Source: Eledone cirrhosa (taxonomy: Eukaryota). From it: a stretch of DNA of 64,000 nucleotides. The position numbers and the translations under genes were made by a program. The notes beneath the pieces were generated by a model. It saw only the letters and a program-made list of their open reading frames with translations, had not been told where the DNA came from and ran no database searches. The stretch lies in the NCBI GenBank assembly GCA_964016885.1, contig OZ024745.1, forward strand, positions 113,398,001 to 113,462,000. Reading direction: 5' to 3'. Below are positions 13,857 to 29,543 of the stretch, piece after piece; within the stretch, counting starts at the first letter, position 1; the number at the start of each line of letters is the position of its first letter.

Positions 13857-15202
13857 AGAGAGAGAGAGATTTATGTGGTTATTAACACAGGTTTCAAGTC
13901 CGTCACTAATAAATGACAATGTTTTTGTTCGAGTTCATGTGAGGTTATATATTAATGGGCGTATGTATGAAACTGTGTATATGTGATTTCTTTTTAGTAA
14001 ATGAAACTGGTGTTTATTTGGAATTCTTTGGAAATGAGTAATGTGCTATAACTTGTTGAATTTGGTGATGCATTTTAATTTTCATTCTTTTCCTTTAAAA
14101 GAAGGCTTTCCTGGAATTTATATACACATCATTGCACATGGATATGAGAGCTGTATATCTGATCATATATGTTCTATTTGCACACGAATATAAGTGCAGT
14201 ATGCCTTAACATAGGTGTTTTAGTATCCACTTCTTTATACTTACCATTCATATCTGATTGTAAGTTGGCCATATTAACAATTCGATATCTGTTTTAGTCA
14301 CAGAAAAAATTTGAGTTGTGTTTTATGCTGAATTTCTAACAGCTTGAATGTTCCACCAGTATTGCTTATTTGTAAAACCGTAGGTTCATTTTAGTTCTCC
14401 TATGGCTTTCTTCTGACATGTGGGGATATGATTCCTATAGATAGCATTGTTTGCATGTATACATTCCTTTACTTATCAAACCGCTATATTGTTGTTTCCT
14501 CAATTTCCAGTTTATTTATTAGGACATTCTAATAAAACTAATTATTTAAACCACTAATTTTCTCCATTTGTAGCAATAGCAGATTCGCTCTAATTGTCTT
14601 ATTTTCCTTTCTTTCTCTCGCACATTCGTCCTTTTAAGATACTTTTTCCTCAATGATAATCATATTTTGCTTAGGTTTGTCCTGAATATGCTCATGCGAA
14701 AATACACACGAACAGTCGAATTTAGTATGATAATAAAAACAAAGAAAAGCAAATGATAGCATAAAGGGAAAATATAATGAATTCATATGACTATGAGTCA
14801 GATCTGATAATACTTGTCTGCAAAGGACATATAGTGATATCTTATTGAAGCTGAATGTATTTTGTGTTTCCAATATTAAATTATATTCAAATGTCTGATT
14901 TTACACTTTGGATCCTGCATTAAAAGTTTTCCTTTGTTACATTCTTTTACATTATCGTCTAAATAAGCACAGTTTCCTTTTAGATATCTTTACAAAAATA
15001 CATTTCTATACATTATTATTACCATTGATTTCTTATCTAACCATAAGGTCAAACATTGATTGTGAATGAAAAAAGATTATGTGACATTCATCCCTATGTC
15101 CATTCATTAGAGTATTAATTGAAAGGAAACCAGTAAAAAAAAACCTTATGCCAGAATCTTACCTTATACATTATAATACATCTAGATGAGCAGAGATATA
15201 GA

Positions 15203-15377
15203 GGTAAAATTTCGTTATGGCGAATACCATTATAACGAATTTTTCAGTATGGCGAAATATTTTTCAATCCGCGGCCACGCGCGCAATGTGTTACAATGAT
15301 CTTGTTATAAAAGCATTTTTCGTTACAACGAATTTATTTTAATACCCTGTAAATTTCATTATAACGGAATTTTACTA
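15203..15377. mobile_element. MITE, Tc1/mariner-pogo/Tigger-like
   Basis: Imperfect TIRs gtaaaatttcgttat...ataacggaattttac with internal cgttataacg subrepeats. Confidence 0.65.
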
Positions 15378-15652
15378 TATTACTGTATATTATTATCACT
15401 ATTGATTTCTTATCAAGACATAAAGTCAAATATTGATTGTGAAGGAAAATAAGATTACGTGTCCGTTATGCCTGACCTCATTCACGAGAGAACTAAGTGA
15501 AAAACGATCAGTTCACTAACCTTTTATACAGGAAACGTTAAAATGAGCAGAAATAGGAAGAGAATCATTCATGTCATCTCTATCGGACATAAGCAACGTA
15601 TGCGCATTAACGCTGCTTAGAGAGTAAAATGTGTATATTATATATATATGTG

Positions 15653-15724
<72 letters not shown>

Positions 15725-15725
<1 letters not shown>

Positions 15726-15960
15726 TTAAAACAATAAAATAAAAATTCAAGTCATTAGAAATATACTTCACTGCTTTACGATCGTTTCTAGGTGATAATA
15801 ATACATCGTACGCATATTTCGATATCGATCTATGTAGGGTTAGTTACAAAATATCAAATAAGTAATATATTTACCTGAGTGTATATCATCAGCCGTTGTC
15901 AAAAGCTATTGCTTTTCAACATATGGATTACATTGAGTTCTTCATGCAGACTAGACCCCA
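15725..15960 (-). mobile_element. Diverged pLTR fragment with long-stem-II HHR-like motif (about 15771-15895)
   Basis: The minus strand reads CTGATGA...about 100 nt...cctaGAAAcgatcgTA and shares motifs with 28433-28586. Stem I does not pair well. Confidence 0.45.
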
Positions 15961-15985
15961 CAACTAACCGTGGATATTTCTGTAC

Positions 15986-16042
<57 letters not shown>

Positions 16043-16043
16043 A

Positions 16044-16128
<85 letters not shown>

Positions 16129-16780
16129 GACATACACACAGAGATTAGCTATAAGAAAATATTTGGTCATGTAATGCTTCTGTCTAAATCTTACATCTAT
16201 TTCTTGTTACTTTCTATACTTGCAGAAAAAGCGATCGATTCTTAAATTCAATATATATTCTATAATTGTAAAAAAATTGACCAATTACTGTCTATTATTC
16301 AGTTTGTTTTTGTAAACGCTGCTATCTTTTACTCTTGGAATTTTCCGGACGAAATATTTCGAAAAGCAAAATGTTTCAAGAGTGCAAAATAATAACCATG
16401 TATGGGTTATATTGAAAGGTGTTTTTATTGAATGTAGAATATAGCTGAATGTAAGATATAGCTGTTATTTCGAATCTACATATTTATGAAAAAACTCTTG
16501 TAAGTTTTGCATTTGTTGCAGAACATACATGTATGAAAAGAGTTATAATTGACATGAACTATTAAGTAACAATATCTCGCGTATCATTGGGTAGCCAATA
16601 GTAGAAATGTTTCACCGTTAGACAAGATGCCTTGTGTTATTCAGTTACGTCCCATTAAACTTTGAATTTAAGCTTCATTGCAATATTGATGAAATACATT
16701 AGCAGTCAAGTGTGAAGATCAATTTAATCGAGTATTCCTCCAGCCAACATAAATGATCTATTGCCAGAATTAGACAGCAT

Positions 16781-16861
16781 TGGTGAATTGGCAGTATCGG
16801 TAGAGGGTCGGTCATGCTTTCCAGCAAAGTTACGTCCCTTTATGATCTGAGTTCAAATCCT
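16781..16861 (+). mobile_element. SINE 5' fragment (tRNA-derived head)
   Basis: ttggcagtatcggtagagggtcgg...gagttcaaatcc, truncated at (TA)n. Confidence 0.8.
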
Positions 16862-16893
16862 ATATATCTCCTATATATATATATATATATATA

Positions 16894-17021
16894 CATTTAT
16901 TATGGCTAATGGTGAGATTTGTTACTCTAAAGATTCACCTGCGCACTCACAGGATCATCAGCCTTGTCTGGTGAGTACGCAGGTGAGACACCAGAGTAAC
17001 AAGGTTTAGCCATAATAAATG
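16894..17021. repeat. Imperfect 128-bp hairpin next to (TA)n
   Basis: Three nested paired segments: catttattatggctaa/ttagccataataaatg, ttgttactct/agagtaacaa and tcacctgcgcactcac/gtgagtacgcaggtga. Confidence 0.8.
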
Positions 17022-17621
17022 AATATTTAAACTCTATTCGGTATTGAGTTTTCATTCTTACGTCCGCCTCTCTATATCTACCTCATGAAACTCTCTTACA
17101 GACCACCTCTCTATAATAATTACCATCAAACTCTCCCCCTCTCTATAAATACTACACATAACTTTCTCCCAATTACCTCTCACTCTTTACATCACTTCCA
17201 ATCTCTCCCTCTCTATATATATATGCAACACATTCTCCCAACCGCCTCACTATATCAGTTATCACCAAATTATCCTCCTCACTATATATATACCATACAA
17301 CACTCTCTCTTTCCTTCTTACTCTATCCACCACTACCATACCCTCCACCTCTCTATATCAATAAAAATCAATCTCCCTCCCTCTCTATAGCTACTATACA
17401 GAACTCTGCCCCCCCCCCCCAAACTATATCAATTCCACCAAACTCTCCCCCTCGCTATATCTATCAATACATATCTCTATCAATCCTCTCACTCTATTCG
17501 TTAAGACCAAATTCTCCCCCTCTCTATATCCACTACATGGAATTCTCTTCCAATCCCCTTCTATACATTAATTTACCCCCCCCCCCTCCACACCTTTTTT
17601 TCCCCACCGCATCTGTATATA

Positions 17622-17789
17622 CCGTATTTCCTGGCGCCGAAGACACTACTTTTTTCCTGAAATAAGTCTCAAAAATGTACCATACGTCCTGGAGGCCGAA
17701 GGTTTTTTATTATTTTTTTTCAAATTTTTGTTTGTCAAAATTAAGGTGTGTCCTCGAGGACGAAGCGTTTTCGACGGCGGGAAATACGG
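17622..17789. mobile_element. MITE, Tc1/mariner superfamily (Tc2/pogo-like)
   Basis: TIRs CCGTATTTCC...GGAAATACGG flanked by a TA target-site duplication. Confidence 0.85.
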
Positions 17790-18718
17790 TAAATATATAT
17801 ATATATTGCAAAGTCATGAGGTCAACAAAATATTTGGATAGTGTGTCGAACATTTAATCTCCTCTCAAATATTACAAGATTGTATATCTAAAAACACTTA
17901 CATATATAATAATTTACAAATGTCAACAAACTGTAAACATTTTTTACAGAAGATATGTATATAAAATAATAGAAAAGAAAAGAAATACCTATTAAGAAAT
18001 AGAAGCGAATCACTAAAAAATGTTAGTACAAACATAAATTATAATTATAATTTTTTGTTTAGGAAATATATATTTTCTATTTTGTAGATAGGTGAGCAAT
18101 TAGACTTCTTGAGTTCAGAAAATTTTACAATATGTAAACAGACAGTTAATTTACTTTATACATATCTCAAAATTATATTTAAATAGAAGAAATATACAAA
18201 TTGTCATCGTAATGTAAATTACCTGAATGAAAATATCATTGTACCCCCGCAGGACCATTCTGCCATTAATAACAGCCAATTACAAATTTTAACTTTTATT
18301 TTAACTTTTATTTTACTGTTAGTATATTTTCCTACACCTTCTGTAACCTTCTCAACTGGCATTTGATTTAAAGTTTCCTGTTACAATCAAACATAGTTGC
18401 ATGACAGAATTTAGGTCAGTTTGTAAGGCCATGGAAAAGGTGGCGAAATATATTTTGATAAACAGGTTAAAACAAAATGAGGTAGAAGCTAAGCGGTGCG
18501 TTGGTTTTTAATGTCAGTCTCAATTTTCAGCAAAGATGAAATTTGTTTTATTGTTCCAACACGCCATTCCACGACACATCTAATAAAATAATTCCACAGT
18601 TTTCACGCATATCTGAGTCAGATTATTTGTAATTTTCTGGCTGTCATTACTTTGAAACTTGTACGCCGTAATACAGCTCATAAAGCAGGAATCCAACCTG
18701 AATATACAACAGTGAAAC

Positions 18719-18783
<65 letters not shown>

Positions 18784-18951
18784 GTATGTGTGTGTGTGTG
18801 TCGTGTGCGTGTGTGTGTGTCTTGTGCGTGTGTGTCTTCTGTTTGTGAGTGAGAGAAGTGATGTTTTTAGAAACGCCGACGAATCATTGTGGAAAGAGTG
18901 GGTCTAGGTATGTGAACGATGGAGTGAGAGAGCGAGAGTATGTGTGTGTGT

Positions 18952-19047
<96 letters not shown>

Positions 19048-19139
19048 TGCGTTTACGAAAAGTATTCTTATAAAATAGTAGAATACACAATTTGATTAAT
19101 TTCAATAGTTTGTTAAATTTAGACATTACTTCCTGCTTG

Positions 19140-19171
<32 letters not shown>

Positions 19172-19173
<2 letters not shown>

Positions 19174-19880
19174 TAGCAGTGTATCCCGCGTTGCTCGGGG
19201 AAGAACATTGGTAATAGCACCTCCAATGAGAAACGTTTATTTATGAGTGCCTCTTAAAAACTCACGAAAATATACCGACAGGAAACTTGTTTTATTTGGA
19301 GAAAATTAAGAAGTTGAAAGTATAGTTTAGCTGTCTACGTACATTGTTCATAGAAATATTGTTGAGCCCCTTCTTTTCATACTCCTCTGTTTTGGCCTTT
19401 TGGAGTAAATGTGAAAGCGAAAGTCACAGGTTAAGTTGGCAGAAGCTTTCAGTGTCATAGCAATAAGGCGTAGGCTACTTACCTAAAAAGTTCATTCGCA
19501 CTCTCTCCACTAAGTTACTCTTTCTCTCTATCTCTCTCGGTGCAGACCCTTGCGAATTTCTCGCGTAGGCCTGGTGTAGATTTACACCCGATCCATCTAC
19601 CCGATGCACATGTCGGCTTTGTACAGCTTTTAGAGGAAGGAGTGACCAGCAGTACGTTGTTCGGTATTATTACGAAAATGTGTAGCAGAGAATCCCGCGT
19701 GAACTAACAGCTCGGGAGGAAACTGCTTACCTCGAAGATTCATTCGCCATCGTTCTTGTCAATGCTCCGTTTATTTTGGTATTTATTGGTCTACAGTTAG
19801 ATGAATGGCGCACAAAGGGTTAATGTTTATTGGCAAGAAGTTTTTTGAATAATAAAAGACGGGTTAAAGCGACCTACAAT
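19172..19880 (-). mobile_element. Non-autonomous Helitron-like element with 3' end at 19172 in (TA)n
   Basis: actagcagtgtatcccgcgttgctcgggg is the reverse complement of a hairpin plus CTAG; 19172-19390 matches 57919-58140. Confidence 0.65.
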
Positions 19881-19883
19881 GTA

Positions 19884-19914
<31 letters not shown>

Positions 19915-20024
19915 TTAAGGGTTAAACAAGGTTCAATGAATAAATCAAAGAATTTATACCTCTGAAATATGTATAATAAAATATACTTGATCACACGAAT
20001 GTCTATTTTTGTTAATATTTTGAA

Positions 20025-20070
<46 letters not shown>

Positions 20071-20120
20071 GATATATATATGTGTGTGTTTGTATGCATA
20101 TATATATGTGTATGTGTATG

Positions 20121-20159
<39 letters not shown>

Positions 20160-20233
20160 ATACATATATTTTTATGTGTATATTTATATATATATGTATA
20201 TGCATATATATGTGTATATGTGTTTTCTATATG

Positions 20234-20284
<51 letters not shown>

Positions 20285-20331
20285 GTGTGTGTATATGTAT
20301 ATGTGTATATATGTGTGTGTGTGTATATGTA

Positions 20332-20399
<68 letters not shown>

Positions 20400-20909
20400 T
20401 ATATATATGTATATGTGTGTGTGAATGTAGCGAAGATAATACATCAGAATGTCGTAATGCAGACAGATAGACATACAGGCAGATATTATAAGAGCTCGAC
20501 GGAGATCGATAACCAGCGCCTAACAGCCCTTTAACAACAGCAAATTAAAAAATAAAAGCTGCACTTAGTATCTTTAGACCGCAAGGAATATATAAATACA
20601 TGTTTGAAGTCAATTGGCGTAGAAATGTGGATTTGTATAGACTTTGCAAAAATGAGGACACACAAAATGATCTATATATATAAGATACATCCATTTCAAT
20701 GTCTGTGCAACACAATATGAATTATAAAGACTTTTTCTGGTCGTTAGATATATTTCAGTTTCTGTTTCTATGTTTAGGAAAATAGAGATCTGAGGCTTTA
20801 TTGACATTTTATATTTAGAACAACAGATTGAGACCGTACCTTTATTTTTAATACCCACAATGTAATACCCTATATTCCACGTGAATTCAAAGCTATAAAT
20901 GTGTGCATA

Positions 20910-20971
<62 letters not shown>

Positions 20972-20972
20972 G

Positions 20973-21013
<41 letters not shown>

Positions 21014-21014
21014 G

Positions 21015-21191
<177 letters not shown>

Positions 21192-21236
21192 ATAAATATA
21201 TATATATGTATACATATGTATATAGATATGTATATG

Positions 21237-21276
<40 letters not shown>

Positions 21277-21435
21277 AATACATATATACATATATATAAA
21301 TACAATAATATATATGAATTAAAAGGTATAAATGTTCATATATACTTTATACTTATATATATATATATGTGTGTGTGTGTGTTGTATGTCTGTGTGTGTA
21401 TGTGTGTATATGTGCGTATACATAGTATGTATATA

Positions 21436-21503
<68 letters not shown>

Positions 21504-21546
21504 CTATGTATTATCACATATACACACATACACACACAGACATACA

Positions 21547-21617
<71 letters not shown>

Positions 21618-22290
21618 TAAAGTATATATGAACATTTTAATACCTTTAATTCATATGGAATATAGACTTTTGGTATAAATATATATGTCAGAATGCGCAT
21701 TTTTGTGAGCGTGACAGTGTGTGTGTTCATATAAAATTGGGGTGAACTAACTGTGCTATAGTTTACTGCCGAACAGTGCTCTAAATGTTAAAGAGGCGGA
21801 AGGAACAAGAAAGTTTTCAATGCATCTCTTACGTTGGTCGTACGGTGTCAATATATTGTCCAGTCCACTCAGCTAGACTCCCAAACGTTTGTACATTTAG
21901 CATTATCAGCAACAAGTGACGGAAGTGTTTCAAGAGTGCTAAGTACGTATTCCATGTGCTTAACCAAGTTGTAAGTATTTGCAAACTATGCATATGAATA
22001 ATATCATAAATGGTGTTAATATGTTAGTGCCTGGTACAGAGTTTATATAAATTATTTTCTGTAAATAGCTGCAGCAACGTAATACAATTATTGAAATACT
22101 ATACTATTTCGTAGTCATCGTTCTGATCAATCGACAAGATTCCAGACCTCATTCGCTAGCCGGGTGGGGGTGGTCCTCATCAAGTGGGGCCGAGGAAACA
22201 ATGTTTCCATTGGTCTTCCCATTGCTGATACTATCTACCGGTCGCAACATGTGGAAGAAAGAACATGGTTTTAAATAGAGTTATGTAATT

Positions 22291-23135
<845 letters not shown>

Positions 23136-23281
23136 TTTTGAGTTTATGTTGGTTGTATACCAACACCTCAGTATGCAGGCTGGAGCACTCGACGAAGTGC
23201 GCAGGTTGGTTTGGTTACTCCGGAGTAGTGTTAAATAAAGTTAAATAAAAGTCAAATGATTAAAATTTAGCTTCGTTTATT

Positions 23282-23336
23282 ACTGCTATATATATTTCAG
23301 TGACAGCCATCTTTGGCTGTGACCTCTTCAGGCAGT
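23282..23336 (-). ncRNA. Type I hammerhead ribozyme (family C)
   Basis: Exact reverse complement of 23574-23628. Confidence 0.85.
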
Positions 23337-23573
23337 TTGAATTAGTGTGGTATAGACAAGTACATATGTTGTTTAGGTGTATGATATTCTCAATACTCTG
23401 ATATGCCCAGTTCCTTGTTGGGTTGTTAATTCACTGGGGAACTGGAGTCACTGGGGAACTGACTCCAGTTCCCCAGTGAATTAACAACCCAACAAGGAAC
23501 TGGGCATATCAGAGTATTGACAATATCATACACCTAAACAACATATGTACTTGTCTATACCATACTAATTCAA

Positions 23574-23628
23574 ACTGCCTGAAGAGGTCACAGCCAAAGA
23601 TGGCTGTCACTGAAATATATATAGCAGT
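23574..23628 (+). ncRNA. Type I hammerhead ribozyme (family C)
   Basis: actgc-CTGAAGA-ggtcacagccaaagatggctgtcact-GAAA-tatatata-gcagt, with a palindromic stem III. Confidence 0.85.
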
Positions 23629-23672
23629 AATAAACGAAGCTAAATTTTAATCATTTGACTTTTATTTAACTT

Positions 23673-23725
<53 letters not shown>

Positions 23726-23997
23726 TAAAGAACGAGGGATCAGAGTTGCATCAAATCACAATTTATTAACATATTACACATGTTTTTCCGTCGATTTGAT
23801 GCAACACTCATTCCTCCTTCTTTATATTATACTCTGCTCTGTGCGAGCATCGAGTGCTCAACCGGCATATCGCCTACGGATGCATTTACCTGCAACCCTA
23901 CAACAACTATATATATATATATATATATACATATGTCCCAAGGCTCTGATACCATCAACACTATACACACAGAGCTGGCATACCTAAGAACTGACTA

Positions 23998-24053
23998 ACT
24001 GCCTGATGAGGTCATAGCCATTCAATGGCTATCATCGAAATATATATAGCAGT
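23998..24053 (+). ncRNA. Type I hammerhead ribozyme (family C relative)
   Basis: actgc-CTGATGA-ggtcatagccattcaatggctatcatc-GAAA-tatatata-gcagt. Stem II covaries with the 23574 copy (atagcca/tggctat versus acagcca/tggctgt). Confidence 0.88.
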
Positions 24054-24094
24054 AAATAAAGGATTATGAGTTCATGCAATTGACTTATGTTTCG

Positions 24095-24129
<35 letters not shown>

Positions 24130-24149
24130 GTATGTATATATATATATAT

Positions 24150-24425
24150 ATATTAGAAAGTGATGTTTTTTTTACAAAATGAAAAATAACCGAGGTGTCC
24201 TACACGAGTGAAAGTATAAAGAAAAAAAGATGAAATCGAAAATGCAACTGGAGTCTTATTTAAAAATATATATATATATTTATTTGGTTCCTATACCGGT
24301 TTCGCAATTCTTCTGCTTTTCAAAAGTAGAGTAGAGATGGAGGGTCTGTGGTTTTTCTCACAATGTATATATATATATATATTGTTATACTTTGCGAGGG
24401 TCATATTGCCAATTCAAAAACGAAG
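24150..24425 (-). mobile_element. PLE-tail-like fragments with decayed HHR (about 24288-24330)
   Basis: The minus strand reads TTGAAAA-gcagaagaattgc-GAAA-ccggTA-tagg. Segment 24220-24292 recurs in reverse at 59880-59955, and 24380-24420 resembles 59382-59425. Confidence 0.5.
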
Positions 24426-24461
<36 letters not shown>

Positions 24462-25356
24462 CGTGTGTGTGTGTGCGTGTGTGTGTGTGCGTGTTTGTGT
24501 GTGTGTATTTGGTTATATATAGATTTAATTCAACGTATAGGGAAATTTATTTGGAAATACGATATAATGTAGAAAATATATATAGGAAAAGACATGGTAT
24601 TTTTTGTTAGATTTATAAACATATAGAAAAAGCTTTCCAAAAATAAAAAAAAATGAAATTTAAAACATTTTATTTGGATATAACTTCTGTTTTGAATTCG
24701 GAATTAATAAAAATATTCTTATTCTAATTAGTTTTCGTTATGAATGCAAATTAATACTAAACAAATCTTTGAAAGTCAGACAAGACAAGACAACTAATCT
24801 AAAATGCTGATTATTCTCTGATGAAACACTTCCCACGATCAAAAACCAGAGTTCTAAAAATAGAGCAAGTTTGCTAAACATATTAATGTTACATTAAGAA
24901 TATGGACATTGGAAATATAAATATTTCAAATTGTTTAGCACGTTATGAAGTGGTAAAACATTATCAATGAATACTACAAATATATAAGCGTATTCATATG
25001 TATGAATATAATATATAATATATAATATATATGTATGAATATAATATATAAATATGCATATTTACGTAAATGAATGGCTAAGAACCCTTATTTAAACTAG
25101 ACATTGCAGATAGGTGTTTTAATCCATATGAATCAGATATCCTGTACTTAATATTGAGCGGTTTGTTGATTAATTTATTCTTATTACGATTTCAATGTTT
25201 AAAATAGATATTCGACATGTTTCTTACCATTGAAGTATAATGTTCACTCTATTCATGTTACTGTATTTCAATTATCAAGCCATGGAAATGACAATATCTC
25301 TAGGTGATTCACTTTCTGTCAGTAGGGTTGCTATTGTTTCGTTCCCAAATTAGTCA

Positions 25357-25527
<171 letters not shown>

Positions 25528-25632
25528 CGCTCTAAAGCGATGAAATACCAATGATGGTTGGAAGATCACTGATGAAGGACTAACTTTATTCATATGTAAC
25601 CCATTAGCAACCCAGCAACACGTTTTTCTCAT

Positions 25633-25711
<79 letters not shown>

Positions 25712-25713
<2 letters not shown>

Positions 25714-25918
25714 ACGAAGAAAATGTGGTAAGAAACCAGGTGGACCATAACGCACCAAAGTACTCAATACTTAGGGTAGTAGAGTGGGTAATAGGAACGA
25801 GTAGGACCCCAACGGCTGAGCTCAAGCCGCTTCGACGGCTAATTCTGGACTAATTTAGTCCAGAATTAGCCGTCGAAACGGCTTGAGCTCAGCCGTCGGG
25901 GTCCTACTCGTTCCTATA
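25712..25918. mobile_element. Family B short element: palindrome of HHR 3' halves, in (TA)n
   Basis: Arms 25791-25852 and 25856-25917 each read GAAA-cggc(ttgagctca)gccg-TC-gggg. Other copies or fragments lie at 7460-7555, 25940-26060, 34760-34963, 38815-38902, 43385-43442, 53192-53305, 54833-54895 and 57567-57758. Confidence 0.8.
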
Positions 25919-26074
25919 TATATATATATATATATATATAGCGAGGGAAAAGTGGCAAGGAACCAGGTGGACCATAACGCACCAAAGTACTCAATACTTA
26001 GGGTAGTAGAGTGGGTAATAGGAGTAAGTAAGTAATATTGGGGTCTTACTTACTCCAATATATATATATATTGA

Positions 26075-27660
26075 GTATATGTTGGTTGTTTACCGACATC
26101 TCAGTATGCAGATTGTAAAATTTGGCTTAGTTTATTATAAATTATAGATATACTGCTATATATATTTCGGTGACAGCCATCATTGGCTGTGAGCTTTTCA
26201 GGCAGTCCGAATTGGTTTGGGAAAGACAGGTACACATGTTGTTGAAGTGTATTTTACTTCGTCAATACATCGATATGTCCAGCTCCTGGTTGTGTTGTTA
26301 TTCTTCTGAGGAAGTGGAATCATATAAAATAGAACAAACGAATTTCGGTGTCATAGGACACGCTCGCCTCCATTGGTTAGTTGTGAGAACATTCCTCAGT
26401 CAAAAGTCTATAGAAATGTTTCTGAGGCAAGGCAATCTGTTGTAGTTGTTTTTGTTTAAGTACAGCTGACCTCCTCCATTGTGTTGGTAGTGGTAGTGGT
26501 AGTGGTGTTAAGGGGTCAGCTGGCAGGTCAGTTTTAGTGTGCTGCTGCTATGTTCTGACGAATGTGTGTGTGTAGGTTGGCATCCATCCTGCCACCATTT
26601 CACGTGGTGGGAGAGCTAAACAAATAAAAAAATAAAAAAATGCGTGTGTGTTACAACCAATATCAAAATTTGAAAGATTTGAAACATATTAACTGAAGTA
26701 GAAAACATGTGTGTCATAATCGAGAAGTGTAAAGAATTACAATTTTTATTTTATCATCGAGTGGTGCGTTTTAAGAGCAAATGAGATAAAAGTGGAGTGT
26801 AAAACACCATAAACCTGAGTGTCAAAATCCGGAAATGCAAAGGACTACAGTTCCTATTTCCGCATAAAGTACATATGCGTGTATGTCAACGCACATCGTT
26901 GCAAGCACACACGGCCAAACGGGAGTAGGGGTGGTGAGTGTGTAGGGGGTGGTTTACTTTGGGCTCGGTGTGGCGGGGCTACTGTCCCTATAGCTTGAGG
27001 GAAGTTCCCATTCCAATGTGTTGTTATTGTCCATATAGCTTGTGGAAGGTACCGAAGAAGTCGGTCCTGAGGTTTATTAGGCTGCTTTCACCGCTGAGTA
27101 TCTCGAGGGTCTCGCTCAGACATAGTTTGCAGATGCCAGATCCCCCTATATCGGGTGGTACTTTCCTGATTTGGGACCAGGACAGAGAGTACGGGGTCCT
27201 GTCCAACGTGAGCTTTCAGATCAGTTCGGAAAAAGCCGAACTTTTCCTTTTGTCCTCCCTATTAAAGGAATGGTGATGGTTATACCAGCTGTCTTTGAAG
27301 CTCGTTGATGTGGCTCCTATGTAAAGGTGCTCAGAATTGGGGGGTTTTACTCTACATCCGTATATTAAGTTCTTCCTGAGGCATTCATTACTAAGGGGGC
27401 ATAATGTGGGGGTTCTGCAGTTGCAGCAGGTGGTCGACCCTGGAGTGCCTAATGTGGAGTTCCCATTGCGTATTATAGGGTGGTCTTCCTGGTCTCCTGG
27501 GCTCTGTGGGGAGTCCCTGGGTCTGTTTGGTTTCCCAGGATGGGTACCGTATCCACCCTTCCTTCCCACCACATGGCTCTGCTGGGTGCTTATATTGCCA
27601 GCTTCTGGTTGTGTCTAGTTTCTAAGTCTACCCCTAGTGATGCTAGCTATGTGCTGGGCT
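26075..27660 (-). mobile_element. 5'-truncated Penelope-like element (family C) with 3' HHR at 26152-26206
   Basis: GIY-YIG remnant plus 3' actgc-CTGAAAA-gctcacagccaatgatggctgtcacc-GAAA-tatatata-gcagt (core G-to-A change); bounded by (TA)n. Confidence 0.85.
27024..27620 (-). pseudogene. Penelope-like GIY-YIG endonuclease with one in-frame stop
   Basis: ORFs 27216-27572 and 27024-27206 are one frame: CNCRTPTLCPLSNECLRKNLIYGCRV..LYIGATSTSFKDSWYNH..ELI*KL..WS..CKLCLSETLEIL..LINLR. Confidence 0.92.
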
Positions 27661-27676
27661 ATATATATATATATAT

Positions 27677-28247
<571 letters not shown>

Positions 28248-28432
28248 GATAAATCTACCAAGAGTTTACGGTAGTGTCCAATCCGTATGAAGAACTCAAT
28301 GTATTCCGGATATCATGGAAAGAAGAAATGTAATGAAAAATCACTTTCGGTGAAAGATAAACGGTATACAGAGTCAAGATAAAATATTAAACAAATAATG
28401 AATAAACAATTCCTTATATTAAACAAAAAAAG

Positions 28433-28586
28433 TTCATTATTTAACGATCGTTTCTAGGATATATATGTGTTAGAGTTGGCATGCATATTCAACAGATCTA
28501 TGTACAAAATTATACAAAATTATACAAACTATCAAGATTAAATATACATACCAACACATATATACGCCGTCTTCAGAAATAATGAA
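28433..28586 (-). ncRNA. Type I hammerhead ribozyme with 115-nt stem II
   Basis: Reverse complement of 34359-34512. Confidence 0.8.
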
Positions 28587-29239
28587 ATATATTTATTGAT
28601 AATAACAACAATTCAAACTTTCAGGTCCGTTTGGGAACAAAATTGACCAATGAAAATACAAAAGGTTTAATGCCGTTCGGTGTGTGTATATACATGTAAT
28701 AACCCTTACACATATTTTACAAAAATGTATGCACAACCTGTATACTCATACAAAAAGGATGGATGCAAATACAAAATTTCAAGGTTAATGTCTCTGTAAG
28801 TCTATAATGCACATATAAGATGCGTATAGATACATAAATATGAAATAAGTGTATACACATATTTTCATACTAACACATATCCGTACAATCACACATACAC
28901 GCGCGTATATGCATAAACATACACATAAACTACAAACATACAAACCCACACACACCACCACTCACATATATATATGTGGATATAAAATCCTAAGCACATG
29001 GATATTAATTCACTCACATAAACACTGGCACACACATTTAGATAAAGATACAGAAATTAGGTGGGAGGGGGGGGGGAGGTCAGTATTCAACGGTTTGGGC
29101 TGCCTGCTTAATATAGATGTATCTATAAACTAAGAAAATAAAAAATAAAAAATAATAATAAATAATAAATAAACATTAAAAAGGAAAGAAAAGAAAAAGA
29201 AAAAAGAAAAAAGAAAAAAGAAAAAAGAAATATATCAAG

Positions 29240-29274
<35 letters not shown>

Positions 29275-29494
29275 ACATATATATATATCTATATATATAT
29301 ATACATACATATATATATACATACACATACATACACACACACACACATATATATATACACATACACATATACAAACACATACATACATATACACACATCC
29401 ACACTTAGAACATAACATACACACACATATATAAACATATACATATATACACATAGATACAAATACACACATACATATAAATACACATATATAT

Positions 29495-29543
<49 letters not shown>

